Positions 48,053-60,769 of a stretch of 64,000 bases of DNA are shown here, piece by piece. This DNA comes from Perkinsus chesapeaki ATCC PRA-425 (Eukaryota > Protista > Perkinsozoa). The position numbers were made by a program, and so were the translations under genes. A model generated the notes under the pieces. It saw only the letters and a list, made by a program, of their open reading frames with translations. It had not been told where the DNA came from and made no database searches. The stretch is taken from the NCBI GenBank assembly GCA_013115145.1, contig JAAPAO010000121.1:1-64000 (forward strand), given 5' to 3'. How positions within the stretch are numbered: the stretch's first letter is position 1; each line of letters begins with the position of its first letter.

Positions 48053-49610
48053 TTGTACTTTTCTCGGCGTACCTCTTTTATTGTGTTACGCCGCGACAAA
48101 ATGCTACTTCCTGTGCAGTTGTTTATGTCCCTTTTGCGGTCATCATCGTCATGCTTGGCGATGGTGGTGCCACTTTTTATGGTGATTAATAGTAGCCTGT
48201 CGATAATAGTGCGCAACGAGGAGAGTAGCGGAAGTTTAGCCAGCCTTCAGATCGAGTTGAGCATTGGCTTTGTTGACACGGGCCCGGAGGCCTTCTGTGG
48301 CTGGGCGCCTCAATTGATTGGTTCACTCTTGAATGAGAGCAACGCCTATGATATGAGCGTCTGCAGCCGGACGGGATCGGTCCTGCCCAGTTCGGCCAAA
48401 GCTCTCTTCGATGCCTGTCAAACACAGTGGGTGCCAGGGAGACTTTTAACGAAGGAGGGGTACTGCGCCGCGCAATGCACTGCCGCATACGACGCACTTC
48501 ATATCAAACCGCTGGGGTTCTATTCTCTCGGGGAGTGCCAATGTGGGAAGGCTGCCCAGTGAGTAGAAAAATAGCTTTGCTCTTGCATGCTGTTGTTAGG
48601 TGTGTCGATGGTGAGTTGATTCCAAAAATCCCCAAGTTGAGCACGGACACCGGCTCCTTGGACATGTGGGCGAGAGCTATAGCCTCGCCAGACTGGCGCT
48701 TCAGGGTAAGGGATCATTGCTGCTGCTGCTGCCATGGCAACCTGTCTCTTCTCAGACCGCCACTTGTGAGACATGCGGATGCTCTTGTTGGATAGCATGC
48801 ACTCCCGCGAAGCTTATGTGCGACACAAATGGCAAGATGGTTCCGTCAGAGAACTTAACCTACAATGACGTATCAAAGTACATGTATGCCGACCAGCTCG
48901 CTATCAACGAAGTCCCTTCTAACACCAGATCTGGCATTTACACTATAAGGGCGCAGAAGCCCGTTTCCGACTTCTCTGTCGGCACGCAAGATGGCACCTT
49001 CATTATTGACTGGGCGTCGACTAATTTATCAGATAAGGTCCTCGATTCTTTGGCATCACCCGGTAGACCGCCGAGTGTTCTATTTCGAGATGACAGTGCT
49101 AGATTGACAAGCGTGATACTGCAAGAGCAGAATCTTCCCGACGATCAGCTAGTCAGAATCATCTCTGCAGTAGGGTACATTGGCATCGCTCCCGAGTCAT
49201 TCGTCACATGTGCTCAAGATTTTATTACGTCGGTGGTGCCTTACTGCGATGAAATATCTGTATTAATAGACTCGAATTCAAGCATTAGAGCCGGTATCAC
49301 TTGCAGTTCTATTCGGAGCGTTTATCTTCTAATAAAAGCGGTCAGCATCAGTGACGGAGGAACTATTTTCACGCAGTGCGGAGGCAGCAGTGGTATCTTT
49401 TGGAATTCGCATGCTCCTTTAGCTACAATAAGATCCAGAGGGAAACGTAAGGACGTACCGGCAACCTCTGGTTTGGGGTGGTGGGCGTGGATGCTCATAG
49501 GCCTATGTATATTGTTATTTATTGGCTTGATCCTATCGGTCTTCATAGGAAGGTATTGGCGCACCCACAATAAAGGTTCCACGGTGCCACTTTTCAATCC
49601 CGTAAGATAA
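48053..49610 (+). CDS. Cys-rich type I single-pass membrane protein, multi-exon, paralog B
   Basis: ORFs 48053..48562, 48427..48795 and 48666..49610 join at GT-AG sites. TM helix WWAWMLIGLCILLFIGLILSVFI. The start codon is uncertain. Confidence 0.7.
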
Positions 49611-50949
49611 CCCTTCCTACAGCTCTGGCTAATGAATCTTTGTCAGGAGGACACATCCTCGGGAGATGGGGTCCACCGCAGTAGCAGTAATCTGGTAACA
49701 CCGACTGCGGCCGTTGATCCAGAAACGGGGTAAGGCTTCCTTATTGGAGATAATGCAGCTTCTTCCTATCTCAGAGTTCCGGTGTTGCCCTTTACTAAGA
49801 AGAATCCTACAACGCCGAACACTATAAGGTCTCTCAGCCAACTCTCCAGCGGTACATCATCGATAAACCCTCGCCCACTTCGCGTGGCTCAGGAGTCCCC
49901 GTTCTAAATCTGCTCTCGATAGTGTCGTATGAAGATCGTCTTCAGACGTTTACTTGCAAAATATAATAGCTTTCGATTATAACTTTATTTGGAGTGCTCA
50001 GGCTCGCTTAGTAGGGCTCCGAGCAGGTCAGCTTGCAGAGGGCTTTTACTGTAACAACAATGGTGGCTCTGAGGTATTACCTTTATTGCAAATCATTATC
50101 CTTCTTATAGTCATAGGACTTGGGTTTGCCGCAGTAAATTTGGAGGCTAATAAAAGTTGCCCGTTCACCATTCACGTGCTCCTATGCAAACAGACTTTGA
50201 TTGCTACGAGACTCTCGGAATAGCTTGGTCCAATCGACTGCATGAGATTGTCGTGGTAGACCCTGCCAAGGTAACCATCGAACGACATAAACTTTGACAA
50301 TTGAACACGCGAATCACAGGTCCGTCAGTTGTACTCGCACAGTACACTGTCGACTGCCCTGCAACAACGGAGGAAACTTGTAGGCAATCCTCTCCCATCT
50401 GTAGCCATACACATTCGACAGGGAAATATTCAGCAGCAGTTTGAGGAACTCATAGAAGCACTTGGAATGGGGAGCGCAAAAGCACAAGTACCACACGGTA
50501 TAAAATAATGATATACATCACACACCTGCCTGCAGGGCCTGCGCGCACCGATAACAACAGCGATGCATCTACGGACGTCAGAGTGTCGCGTGTACCTGTA
50601 TGTGGAGAAGCGTCGTGCGCTAGGCCTCCTTAAGGCACCGCGTGGTCTCGAAGCGCGAGTCCATAACTTAGACCTTATCAGGTTGGCTGCAAAAGGCTGT
50701 TCGTCGCCCATGAAGACTCTCCGCTCATTGAGATCCTCCCGCTTTGTGTAAGAGAGGCAACGATCGAACGCGAGCTCGACACTCAGGTTTTGGATTTTTA
50801 CGTTCATGAGAGCTGTCAAAGATGTGGTGTTGGCCTCGCATTATTTCAAGCTATGCTAGATCGGGAAGGAGTCCATCCGGCAAGCATCGGTAACTCCATC
50901 GGCGAGTAGATGCCAATCACCGTATGGTCTGGCCAGCGTATGACAGGCC

Positions 50950-51600
50950 CTCACCAAAACTGCTCAGCTTCCTTTCTAAACACTATCGTCTGGATAAGTA
51001 TTCCCCACAAGCTAATAAGTTCGTCATTTTCTCTGAGTACGTCGCCCGTCGTATCGCAACCTACAAATGGCTGATTGAGGTACTTTAAGAAAGAGCGCAA
51101 GTTATACTTGAAGCAAGAAGTCAGAGCATGCGTTGATGCCTTCTCGAAGCCCTCACAGTCGGACTTTGCGAAGAAGCGCGTAGACGCTCCTACATACCAA
51201 AGCACTCATAACGAACTGCTAAACTTCGAACCTACGACAATGGCTTTAAAGAAAGGGGACGGGAGTGAAAACGAAGAAGAACTGAACACGCAAGATGCTC
51301 TCAGCAGCGTCGCACAGGTGGGGCTCACATTCGCGAAGCTTGTATTGTCGCCGGCAACAGGTGATAGCTGATGTACCGAGCTTAGGCAGGGCTGCTCTCT
51401 CTGGTTGCGAAAGGCAACACCAACTGGAGATGATAGCCCTGCAGAGAAGCCTCAACGAGTCTCAGAAGAAGCTGGATTCGATGAAAGCGGAGAGTCAGCA
51501 AAATTCGGCTCAGGTGAGGGAGACGTCTCATCACACCGGAGGTCTCTTTGTTCTAGGTTACAACCTATACGCTACGACGGCCATTCTGAAGGAGTGAGCA
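50950..51600 (+). CDS. Hypothetical multi-exon, partly coiled-coil protein
   Basis: Coding-like pieces [15 protein letters not shown]...DALSSVAQ| and |VIADVPSLG...[25 protein letters not shown]| with gtgg/gtgag donors. Confidence 0.35.
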
Positions 51601-52998
51601 ACACGCCGATTGAATTTCAGCAATAACGGAGTCACTCAGCGTGTTCAGTGTTGAGTGATGAGGAATGCCAAGAGTGTAGCTTTCATTGGTATTTTGGGGC
51701 ACAATGAGTGGCGCTAAAGATTATCCTTCGACTACCGTCAGCTTGCTCTCAATAGGACTTCAGTTACATGGAGATGGGATTTTAAATAAGTAGGCCTCTT
51801 GTCTATAGAGCCATAGTTATTAGAGCTATATAGACGGCAGATGAGACGTTTCGTGGGAGCTTCTGCCAAAGCAAGTGGTCCACAGGAGTCGTTAATCGTG
51901 AGAACCCCGCATTAACCGCTCTCCCATTTGGAACCCTCCATCTCATCAGCTCTGGGAGAATACCATTCTTGCTATAATTATGGTACATAGCAGCCAAATG
52001 CAAATTCCTCTAGATTGGGGAGGTAGTGCACGCACAGCCCGGTCCACCGGTTATCGGTGACAGATATTCAAGGCAACCATCCAGGAATCGAGGAACACAT
52101 CGTAAGCTTTCTGCATTTCATCACAGGTTTGAAACCTGGGGTTCCGTATCGTTTTCCAGACATCTGCATTTCCATTGGAGGGGATACCGTCTGAGCCTCG
52201 AAGTCCTGAGACTCTGAGGTTGTCCGAAAGACTTGAAGCTCGATCTTAGCCTGAGCTTCTCAGGCACGCTGCGAGATTCCCGCGTTGAGAACCTTAGCTT
52301 CTTTATTGCTAGACATTAAACCACACTTGTGACAGTTGCATAACGAAATCGCACCCTGGGGCGCTAAGGTCCTCGCGCCAAGTATTTACAATGAAACGAC
52401 CCGTAAAATAGCTGATCTACATATCATTGAGTCTCGCCATTTGAAAATGCATCTACCGCTCAATTCTAGTCTCGAGGGGCACCCCAAAGCAAGAGATGAT
52501 GAGGAGTTTGTAATTTGCGTAACAATTTTGCACACACTGTGTGATTGATCCCAAAAATAAGTCTTTGTCATTATATTATGACTCTCGGTCACAGCGTCAT
52601 GGCACAGCGTTTGCTGATAGCTTATCAGTGATAGGCCTGAACAGGATTAGCTGGGCCGCCCAGCCTGGGCGTACATACCGATCTCACAAGGAATTTCGAG
52701 CCTCTCAATCGTAAGTCTCGTCAATGTCACGTGGAGATGTTAACCATTGCACGTTAAATACTCCTTTTAAATTGACCACAACAACATTGTAATCGTTTTG
52801 TAACACTGGCGTTAGAATACTCGAACTAACTATCGCCGGAGAACCGTAAAGGGCCATGACGTGCCAATCTATCCCATTGCTGAGACAAGACCTGGCTGAT
52901 CTGAGACAATATGACATTTCCGACATGCGACAGCTTGCTATATGAGACCAAATAGCTGTGGTACCGAGGCTTATGACGGGACACGCTTAAAAATAGCG

Positions 52999-53988
52999 CT
53001 ATCTTGGTATTAGCGTCGCAACGGCCTTGTCGGCATCAACTCGTCCGAATGGGAGAATGACCTTCCCTTTTGAGTCTTTGAGGCTCTTCCGGGAAGTACT
53101 CTAGAGGATCTTTCTAACATCGGCAGGGGTTAGACCCGGAGCCAGACTGTAGAGCATAGAAGCCACTCCAGCGACGATCGCGGCTGCTGGTGAAGTACCG
53201 GTAAACTTTGTATAGGGGTAACGAATGGCCGTAGTTATAATACTATTGCCTGGAGCGGCGATATCCACATAGTTTGCAAAGTTAGAGAATGTTCCTAACC
53301 TCATCTTTGATTGCTCTGTTCCAGCAACACACAGCATACCCGTAAGTTGCTGGGTTAAGACGCATGGGTATCTTTTGTCGACAGTCACATTTATGCCATA
53401 GTTCCCAGCAGTGACGATAACAAGCATTCCGGCCTGCACAGCTTGTCTTATCTTCTGGGCAACCTTCGGTCTGAGGATATTTCCGGAGAATGCCATTAAG
53501 ATGATTTTGATTCTTCTTGTGTCTTTGGTTTCAATGGCGTATTGTAAGGAAGCGGCCTCGGGCTCATCCACAAAATTTTCTTCCAAAGAAATAGGCATGA
53601 TGTTAACAAGGTCCATCACCCCAGCTATACCGATAGAGTTATTAATAGTAGCACCAAGGACACCAGCCATCATCGTACCGTGCCCAGCCTTGTCATCAGT
53701 ATCAGTGCTATTCCGAATCACATTGTAGCCGGTGACGAGGTTACCGACTAGGTCAGGATGGTTGTACTTAACTCCGGTATCGATAAGAGCTACGGTAACC
53801 TTCTGTCTCAACACCCTCGTCGAAGTCAGGCGTCTCCATGCTTTAGGGATGTTGATAGCATCAAAGTAGGGTGCTTGGTGCTTGTAGTCCGGATCGTTCA
53901 CGGGAGGAACACCTGTCTTGCCCACGGAGCTTCTAGTGGCTGTTGAAGAAGCGATGAGGTAGCCGAGGGTGAAGAAGAGGCCCAACAT
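52999..53988 (-). pseudogene. Subtilisin (S8) tandem copy with a premature TAG, truncated or pseudogenised
   Basis: The triad is intact (LIDTG, GHGTMMAG, GTSPAAA), but TAG at 53101-53103 replaces the Lys codon of the paralog. The frame continues 34 codons to the homologous stop at 52999. Confidence 0.75.
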
Positions 53989-54909
53989 TTGGGAAGAGGG
54001 AGGTGCTTGAATGAACACTTCGCAGACAAATTACTCAATTGCTAATCACTAATCCAGGATCGCTCACTTTGTTGATACTGTCTCCTGCGCTCCATCAACG
54101 ACATTTAACGTGGTGGAGCATTGGTGGCGACATCTGGCCAGTCGTGGTGACACAGTGCATAATATTAGGCTTACCGATGTTGCCCCTTACACATATATGG
54201 GGTAGAAGTGCCCGCCATACCTCGTGTGACATGACTACATGTACGGGATAAAGTGCTATGACCTGTGTAATTGCGAGGGAGATCAATTTGCAAGGGCAAG
54301 GAGTTTGTGCTGGTGGGATAAGTCTTATGAGTTGCACGGCGCAGGCGCACAAGCCCGTCCAGTGTTACCCAAACGAGTGTCATAGTATCTGTTACTGGGG
54401 GTATGTGTTGTATACTTCGAGTAACATACTGTGTAACTCGTCTGCGAAGCCGCTCCGCACCTGATGTCATAAGCATTGGGGCGGTGGTACTTGTGGAAGG
54501 ATATCTGCACGTCATTGACCGCTATATTGGGCTCACGGATACGTGGATGCTGGGCTGGCAGACCAGGCGTGCTTATACCTAGTTGACACTGATAACTCGT
54601 TCGGGATTCTACATTCTTGGTAAAATTCGGTGTAAAAGAACCGTGTGTTATCTTATGTTTTGATCGCTGCGCACCGGTCCTTAAAGGACAGTCCTTTCAT
54701 GCTCCAATGACTTCTTGGAGCTGGATACCTTGACACCTATCTTTTCCTCATTATATGAACCATGCAGCATTCGCTAGTGAGCATGACAGATAGTTCGATT
54801 ATCTGTAAGCCTGCAGGAAGAATCGTTCCGGTAAGTATCACACTCGCGAGAACTATCGGGTTTAGAGTAGAGCAGGTGGATGACACAGGGATCCTCAGGG
54901 TTCGACCCT

Positions 54910-55085
54910 GCTAGAGGGTGCCCCGAAAAATCTGCTTTTCTGAATAACTTCTGAGGAGGGCGAATATCTTGGCGATACGTGCGGCCTTGGTTAGCTCTCG
55001 ATAGTGGCTCTCTAATGGCATATGGTGCTAGTAAGATACTCGCTGGGGTTGGCGAAACGCAAACTCTGAAATTCCGAAAATGGTG
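54910..55085. mobile_element. Short dispersed MITE-like repeat, copy B
   Basis: ggcgaatatcttggcgatacgtgcggcc...ctctctaatgg matches 20876-20935. The start agagggtgccccgaaaaatctgcttttctgaataac resembles the reverse complement of the right arm of copy A. Confidence 0.5.
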
Positions 55086-56490
55086 CGGTTATGATGGAAG
55101 AGGTCAGACTCTGCCGTTCAATTAGAGTAACACTGGTGCTGCGTGCTAAGTAGGATACAATTTCAGAGACAACTCCAGTCGTCTATCCTGCACGGGAAGC
55201 CGAAAAAGTTCTCTAAATGATTGCGATCCGCTTGAGCCATTCTTCACCACTTGCCACCGATATTCGGAGCTCGAGCTGCCGCGTAGATGAAAAACAACTT
55301 GTCGAGAGCCGAATGAGACGCTCTTTGAGGAAGCGAATAATACCTTAGTGTGGATGTGAAAGTCCGTTGACAGGGTAAAATAGTTCGTCGTGCCGGACAG
55401 GAACTTGTACGGTAGGATCATCCTATCGTAAAAGCATCCTATTGGGATGCGAAAACGAGTAGGATAATGTGAGGGCCAGTATCATAGACTATGATTCATA
55501 GTCGTCAGAACGATAAGGCGAGCATGTAGAAGAAACTACTACATAACAGCCCTTCAATTTGATGGGAGAATGGAACTTTAGAATGAGTAGGCCGCTAACA
55601 ATATTTATGCCAATCTTCGTAGCTGATAGAGCTTTGTACAGTGCTGCATAATATGTTTCATGAGACTCTAATGATGAGAGCTTCTGCTAAACCAGTCATT
55701 AATTGTGGTAACCTCGCTGTATGTCCTCGCTCATTAGGAGCCCTCCCTCTCATCGGCTTTGAGGGTGTGCCATTCTTGCTATAATTACGGTAGACAGAAG
55801 GCGAATGCAGTAGCAAGCAGTGTCTCAAGATTGAGGGGGTAGCGCATGCACGCGCAATCCACATAGTTGGCCCACCGATACTACAGGCATGCATCCAAGA
55901 AGCGGAGCATTTCTTGATGTCCTCATAGTTCTTGATGGTCCTACACGAGACCAGCACCTATATTCCCATGTCTGAGACCATCAGCCAGACGCTGGCATAC
56001 AGAGAGTACCACTGTGGTACTACTACCACTCGAGGTTCAAAGGTGTACAAGCTTCACTCGCAGGCATGCCGCGGTATTCTCGCGATGAGATCCGTAGCTT
56101 GGTAATTGCTAGACACTTCACTATAGTTGATTCGAAATATCAGCTTTTGTTATTATACATGACATCGTTATATTTGTTTATAGGCAGACCTTTTTTAAGA
56201 CCCCACGAAAAATGCCAAGCCTCTCAATCATAAGTCTTGTCAATGCAACGTAAAAATAATTACAATTGCCCGTTAAATACTTCTCGTGTATTGAAACACA
56301 ATAATAATAGCGTTAGTTGGTAACACTGCCGTTAAGATACTCAGCAAAATCACAGCCCAAGCGCCGTAAAAACCGGTGAGGTAGCAATGCAAACCCAGCA
56401 ATGATTATAGAAATCGCTGAGGGAAGAAGGTATTTTTCGGCAAGTGGATTCTTGTTATCTGTGCTCAATCCAACATGCCTAGTTATAGCG

Positions 56491-57480
56491 CTATCTTGGT
56501 ATTAGCATCGCCACTGACTTGTCGGCATCAACTCGCCCGAATGGAAGAGTGACCTTCCCTGTGGAATCTTTAAGGCCCTTCCGGGAAGTACTCTTGGGAA
56601 TCTTTTTAACATCAGCAGGGGTTAGACCAGGAGCAAGACTGTAGAGCATAGCAGCCACTCCAGCGACGATCGCGGCTGCTGGTGAAGTTCCGGTAAATTG
56701 ATCATAGGAGACAAGTGTGCTGGTAGTTTCGATTTTATCACCGGGAGCGGCGATATCCACATAGTTTGCAAAGTTTGAGAATGTTCCTAACCTCATCTTT
56801 GATTGCTCTGTTCCAGCAACACACAACATACTCGTAAGTTGCTGGGTTAAGGCGCATGGGTATCTTTTGTCGACAGTCACATTTATGCCATAGTTCCCAG
56901 CAGTGACGATAACAAGCATTCCGGCCTGCACAGCTTGTCTTATCTTCTGGGCAACCTTCGGTCTGAGGATATTTCCGGAGAATGCCATTAAGATGATTTT
57001 GATTCTTCTTGTGTCTTTGGTTTCAATGGCGTATTGTAAGGAAGCGGCCTCGGGCTCATCCACAAAATTTTCTTCCAAAGAAATAGGCATGATGTTAACA
57101 AGGTCCATCACCCCAGCTATACCGATAGAGTTATTAATAGTAGCACCAAGGACACCAGCCATCATCGTACCGTGCCCAGCCTTGTCATCAGTATCAGTGC
57201 TATTCCGAATCACATTGTAGCCGGTGACGAGGTTACCGACTAGGTCAGGATGGTTGTACTTAACTCCGGTATCGATAAGAGCTACGGTAACCTTCTGTCT
57301 CAACACCCTCGTCGAAGTCAGGCGTCTCCATGCTTTAGGGATGTTGATAGCATCAAAGTAGGGTGCTTGGTGCTTGTAGTCCGGATCGTTCACGGGAGGA
57401 ACACCTGTCTTGCCCACGGAGCTTCTAGTGGCTGTTGAAGAAGCGATGAGGTAGCCGAGGGTGAAGAAGAGGCCCAACAT
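56491..57480 (-). CDS. Subtilisin (S8) serine protease, intact tandem copy
   Basis: MLGLFFTLGYLIASSTA, VALIDTG, GHGTMMAG, TAGN, GTSPAAAIVAGVAAML, FGRVDADKSV. Confidence 0.92.
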   Translation of the reverse strand: MLGLFFTLGYLIASSTATRSSVGKTGVPPVNDPDYKHQAPYFDAINIPKAWRRLTSTRVLRQKVTVALIDTGVKYNHPDLVGNLVTGYNVIRNSTDTDDKAGHGTMMAGVLGATINNSIGIAGVMDLVNIMPISLEENFVDEPEAASLQYAIETKDTRRIKIILMAFSGNILRPKVAQKIRQAVQAGMLVIVTAGNYGINVTVDKRYPCALTQQLTSMLCVAGTEQSKMRLGTFSNFANYVDIAAPGDKIETTSTLVSYDQFTGTSPAAAIVAGVAAMLYSLAPGLTPADVKKIPKSTSRKGLKDSTGKVTLPFGRVDADKSVAMLIPR

Positions 57481-59407
57481 TTGGGAAGAGGGAGGTGCTT
57501 GAATGAACACTTCGCAGACAAATTACTCAATTGCTAATCACTAATCCAGGATCGCTCACTTTGTTGATACTGTCTCCTGCGCTCCATCAACGACATTTAA
57601 CGTGGTGGAGCATTGGTGGCGACATCTGGCCAGTCGTGGTGACACAGTGCATAATATTAGGCTTACCGATGTTGCCCCTCACACATACATGGGGTAGAAT
57701 TACCCGCCTTACCTCGTGACAGGACTACGTATACGAAATAAAACGCTATGATTTGTGTAATTGCGAGGCAGATCAATCCGCAAGGGTGAGACGTTTGTGC
57801 TGATGGAGTAAGCCTTATAAGTTGCACGGCGCAGGCGCACAAACTCATCCAGTGTTACCTAGACGAGGGTCACAGTATCTGTTACTGGGGAGTCCCCAGT
57901 ACCTCCAGTGAGGGTATCATACGCGATGCTCACTCCTTTTCAATCACACAAGTGTCGTCTTTCATGTCTGATGGTCAAGTCCATCTCCGCCAGGGAGATG
58001 GGTTCGGCCTCTTTATAACTATCAGCAACACAAACATCGCATTTTTTCAGTGGACAAGATGCGCATCAACATTCTGTCAAGCCAATGGTCGTGAACGAAT
58101 GACTTGCTGGTTGAAGCACCAACCACCCACGCTTGGTCTCCGTGCATCACAGTGTTGCATACATGATAGAGCCTATCACTGGCCAGTCTATCTGATAGTC
58201 CAGTCGCACACCATGCCATCATAACCACGTAACGAATACGACACTTGTCTGAAAACAACACACAACATGTTGTTTCGGCCTTTATGTACGAGAAAGTACC
58301 ATCAAGTGGTTGGACTAATCGGAAATTGCTGGAAAGCCAGCTGAAACGCGGGGCAGATACGCAGCACATCCCATAGCACGCCGAACATGGCTCTCGATCT
58401 ATTGCACGCGTCCATAGGTTTTTGAAATCAGGCAAGAAATAGCCGATCATGAGAACAAACCTCAAGCATGCAAGATGCTTGCTGCTCAACGAACAAATGT
58501 CTCACAGCAGCTGCCAGGGTGCCAGTCGGCGGGTACTATAGCTTCACTCCATTGAACAGGTTTCTGCATCAGGTTGTTCGCGACCGTCGTGCCCTGTGTA
58601 GCCATATCGACGATCCATGCCGGCTGATTGCCTGCCTTGTGAGTCGCTAATAGCCGGCCTCCAAATAGCATAGGCATATTCAGGGACTCCCATTCGTATG
58701 CCTGATTCGGGCGAACTCCCACGGTCCCCTTCCTAAAGGCTATGTTTCGGCTCAAAGGTACCCTTCTCAAACTGGCGTCTCCCGGCAACTACTTCGAAGC
58801 GTGCTATGAGTTCCTGCACGGAATATCAGTAGCACGAGTAGAATTCCATTGTTGCTTCGAGTTGAAGCCTGCAGAGCTTGTGCGCTAGTATGGCTCGTGC
58901 TATATGGAACTCCAATACCCAAACGAGTCGAGACATTACAACAGCCTGAATATGCGAATGAATCCGAGGGCACTATACTTAAAATATTGAAATCTGTAAC
59001 GGGAGCATTATTTCATAACAGAAGTCGCACGCAAAGACTTAGCCTTCGACGACGCGAGAATCTATCTCAAACGAGTACACATTGTGTACAACACAAGCAA
59101 AACCCAAGACGAAAAATACCATCAATTAAGACTCTCGTTGAAGGGCAACATGTTATTACAGAGACGCGACAGTGCTCTGACAACTCGAACTCTTCAGGTA
59201 TATGGCTTGGAGTCTGTGGAACCTAAGGCTCCGAGCCCTAGATTAATGTTACAGTAGTAGCCTTAGGCTACGTAGTTAGCTAAGCTAAGGCAATTCCAGT
59301 TCATCAGCTAAGCATGTTTGATGCATCCAGGTACATAAGATGATGAGTTTGACAAGGGTTTTAATCAATAGCCTCCTTAGCTTACAACTTTTCTGTTAAC
59401 CTATTAT

Positions 59408-60154
59408 ATGTCTTCGTATCTGACTATACTCTACGGACTTCTGTTGTCATGTGTTTATACGCAGACGATCAGGAAGCCACTTGGAAAATACACCCCGAGA
59501 GACTGGCATACAAGCACAGTCAATCTCGAGCTTGAATTTTTCGACGACGGTTCTGCTAAATACAAGATCTATTCTCCTCAGCATGACATTTGGAGTATTG
59601 AATCCTTCCCTGTTGTGATGCGCGGCCCTGCTGTTGTTGCCGTCAAGATCCCCCAATTTCGAGTGAACTATTGGTTGGACGAGCTCCCAGATAGGTTCGA
59701 AGAATTGGGGCTGCGGGTCTTCTTTTATGACCCTTTGCTCGACATGATTACCGTAAACGCGGCTGGACGTACCTTCCAGATCGCACATGCTTCGGACCCA
59801 GTGGAAAAGATCGCAGTCATTGACCCCAAGCAACCGGATGGTATCTATCAAAGTATCGAAGCCGGGTTGGAAGTGACTATGAAATTCGATTCGACGAGGA
59901 GCCGTGCCACGTACCACTTGGTATTACGAGATAGGGAGTACGACTTCCCCTTCGACGTTGACTTTAGCATGCTGAGCACCAGTTTGATTCGGGTGTGGGT
60001 GCCACAACATCAGCTTCATGCCCTCCATGGAAGATTTCCCGGCTTATCACACGATTACTTCTATCTCAATCTCGGCTACGACCCTGTGAATAACGAGATA
60101 ACATTCTTGCTCGATGAACTCCGCCAGGTAACGCTAAAAAAGGTTCAACCTACA

Positions 60155-60209
<55 letters not shown>

Positions 60210-60769
60210 GCACTAATGCTCCTACTACTACTGCTTTTGATACGACTACTGTCACAACCACCACCACTACCACTACCACTGTATCTACCTCTCGCAGTCG
60301 TTGTGGGGAACATTGCTGGCCGTTCGGTCAATTCTGTGTAGATTCGAACACTGCCAAAATGTCAGTGCGATTCGAGAATCATCACACTATGACTTTTACT
60401 GCTCATCACCAGAACATGCATTTGTTAGCTCGTGATGCGAGGTACGAGGTCCACGAAGAGGTTAACAACATTATCGTATCAATAGATGTTGTCAACTCTG
60501 ACCTCAACGCCGAATTGCGAAGGATAAACTGGCTCGGTTTCACCCGTCTGAATCTTACTTTTGACCCTTACGATAATATTGTGATGCTTGAAGAACGTGG
60601 GCTTATCGCTCGCATGCACCTTCAACTGGGTTGTGCTGGTGCTATTGAAACCCCTCCGGAGCAGCCTCAAGTTGAGCAGAGTGTGGCGGAGAGTCACTGG
60701 GCTACTGACGATGAAGATGGCGGGGATTTCCATAATCTACTCCTCAGTATTCTTCGTTCTCTCCGTTAG
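59408..60769 (+). CDS. Secreted protein with three diverged ~100-aa repeats and a poly-Thr linker
   Basis: Signal peptide MSSYLTILYGLLLSCVYT. Recurring motif FYDPLLDMITV / GYDPVNNEITF / TFDPYDNIVML. No introns needed. Confidence 0.8.
60155..60208 (+). repeat. (ACT)n microsatellite encoding poly-Thr
   Basis: About 18 perfect ACT units in frame within ORF 59408..60769. Confidence 0.95.

Noticed and set aside
54860-54915. A-box/B-box-like motifs (tagagcaggtgg ... ggttcgaccct) suggesting a tRNA or SINE
   Set aside because: I could not fold an acceptor stem or anticodon arm. tRNAscan-SE would be needed to support it.
58022-58790. Cys-containing minus-strand ORFs upstream of the 56-kb subtilisin
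   Set aside because: No recognisable domain and no consistent splicing.
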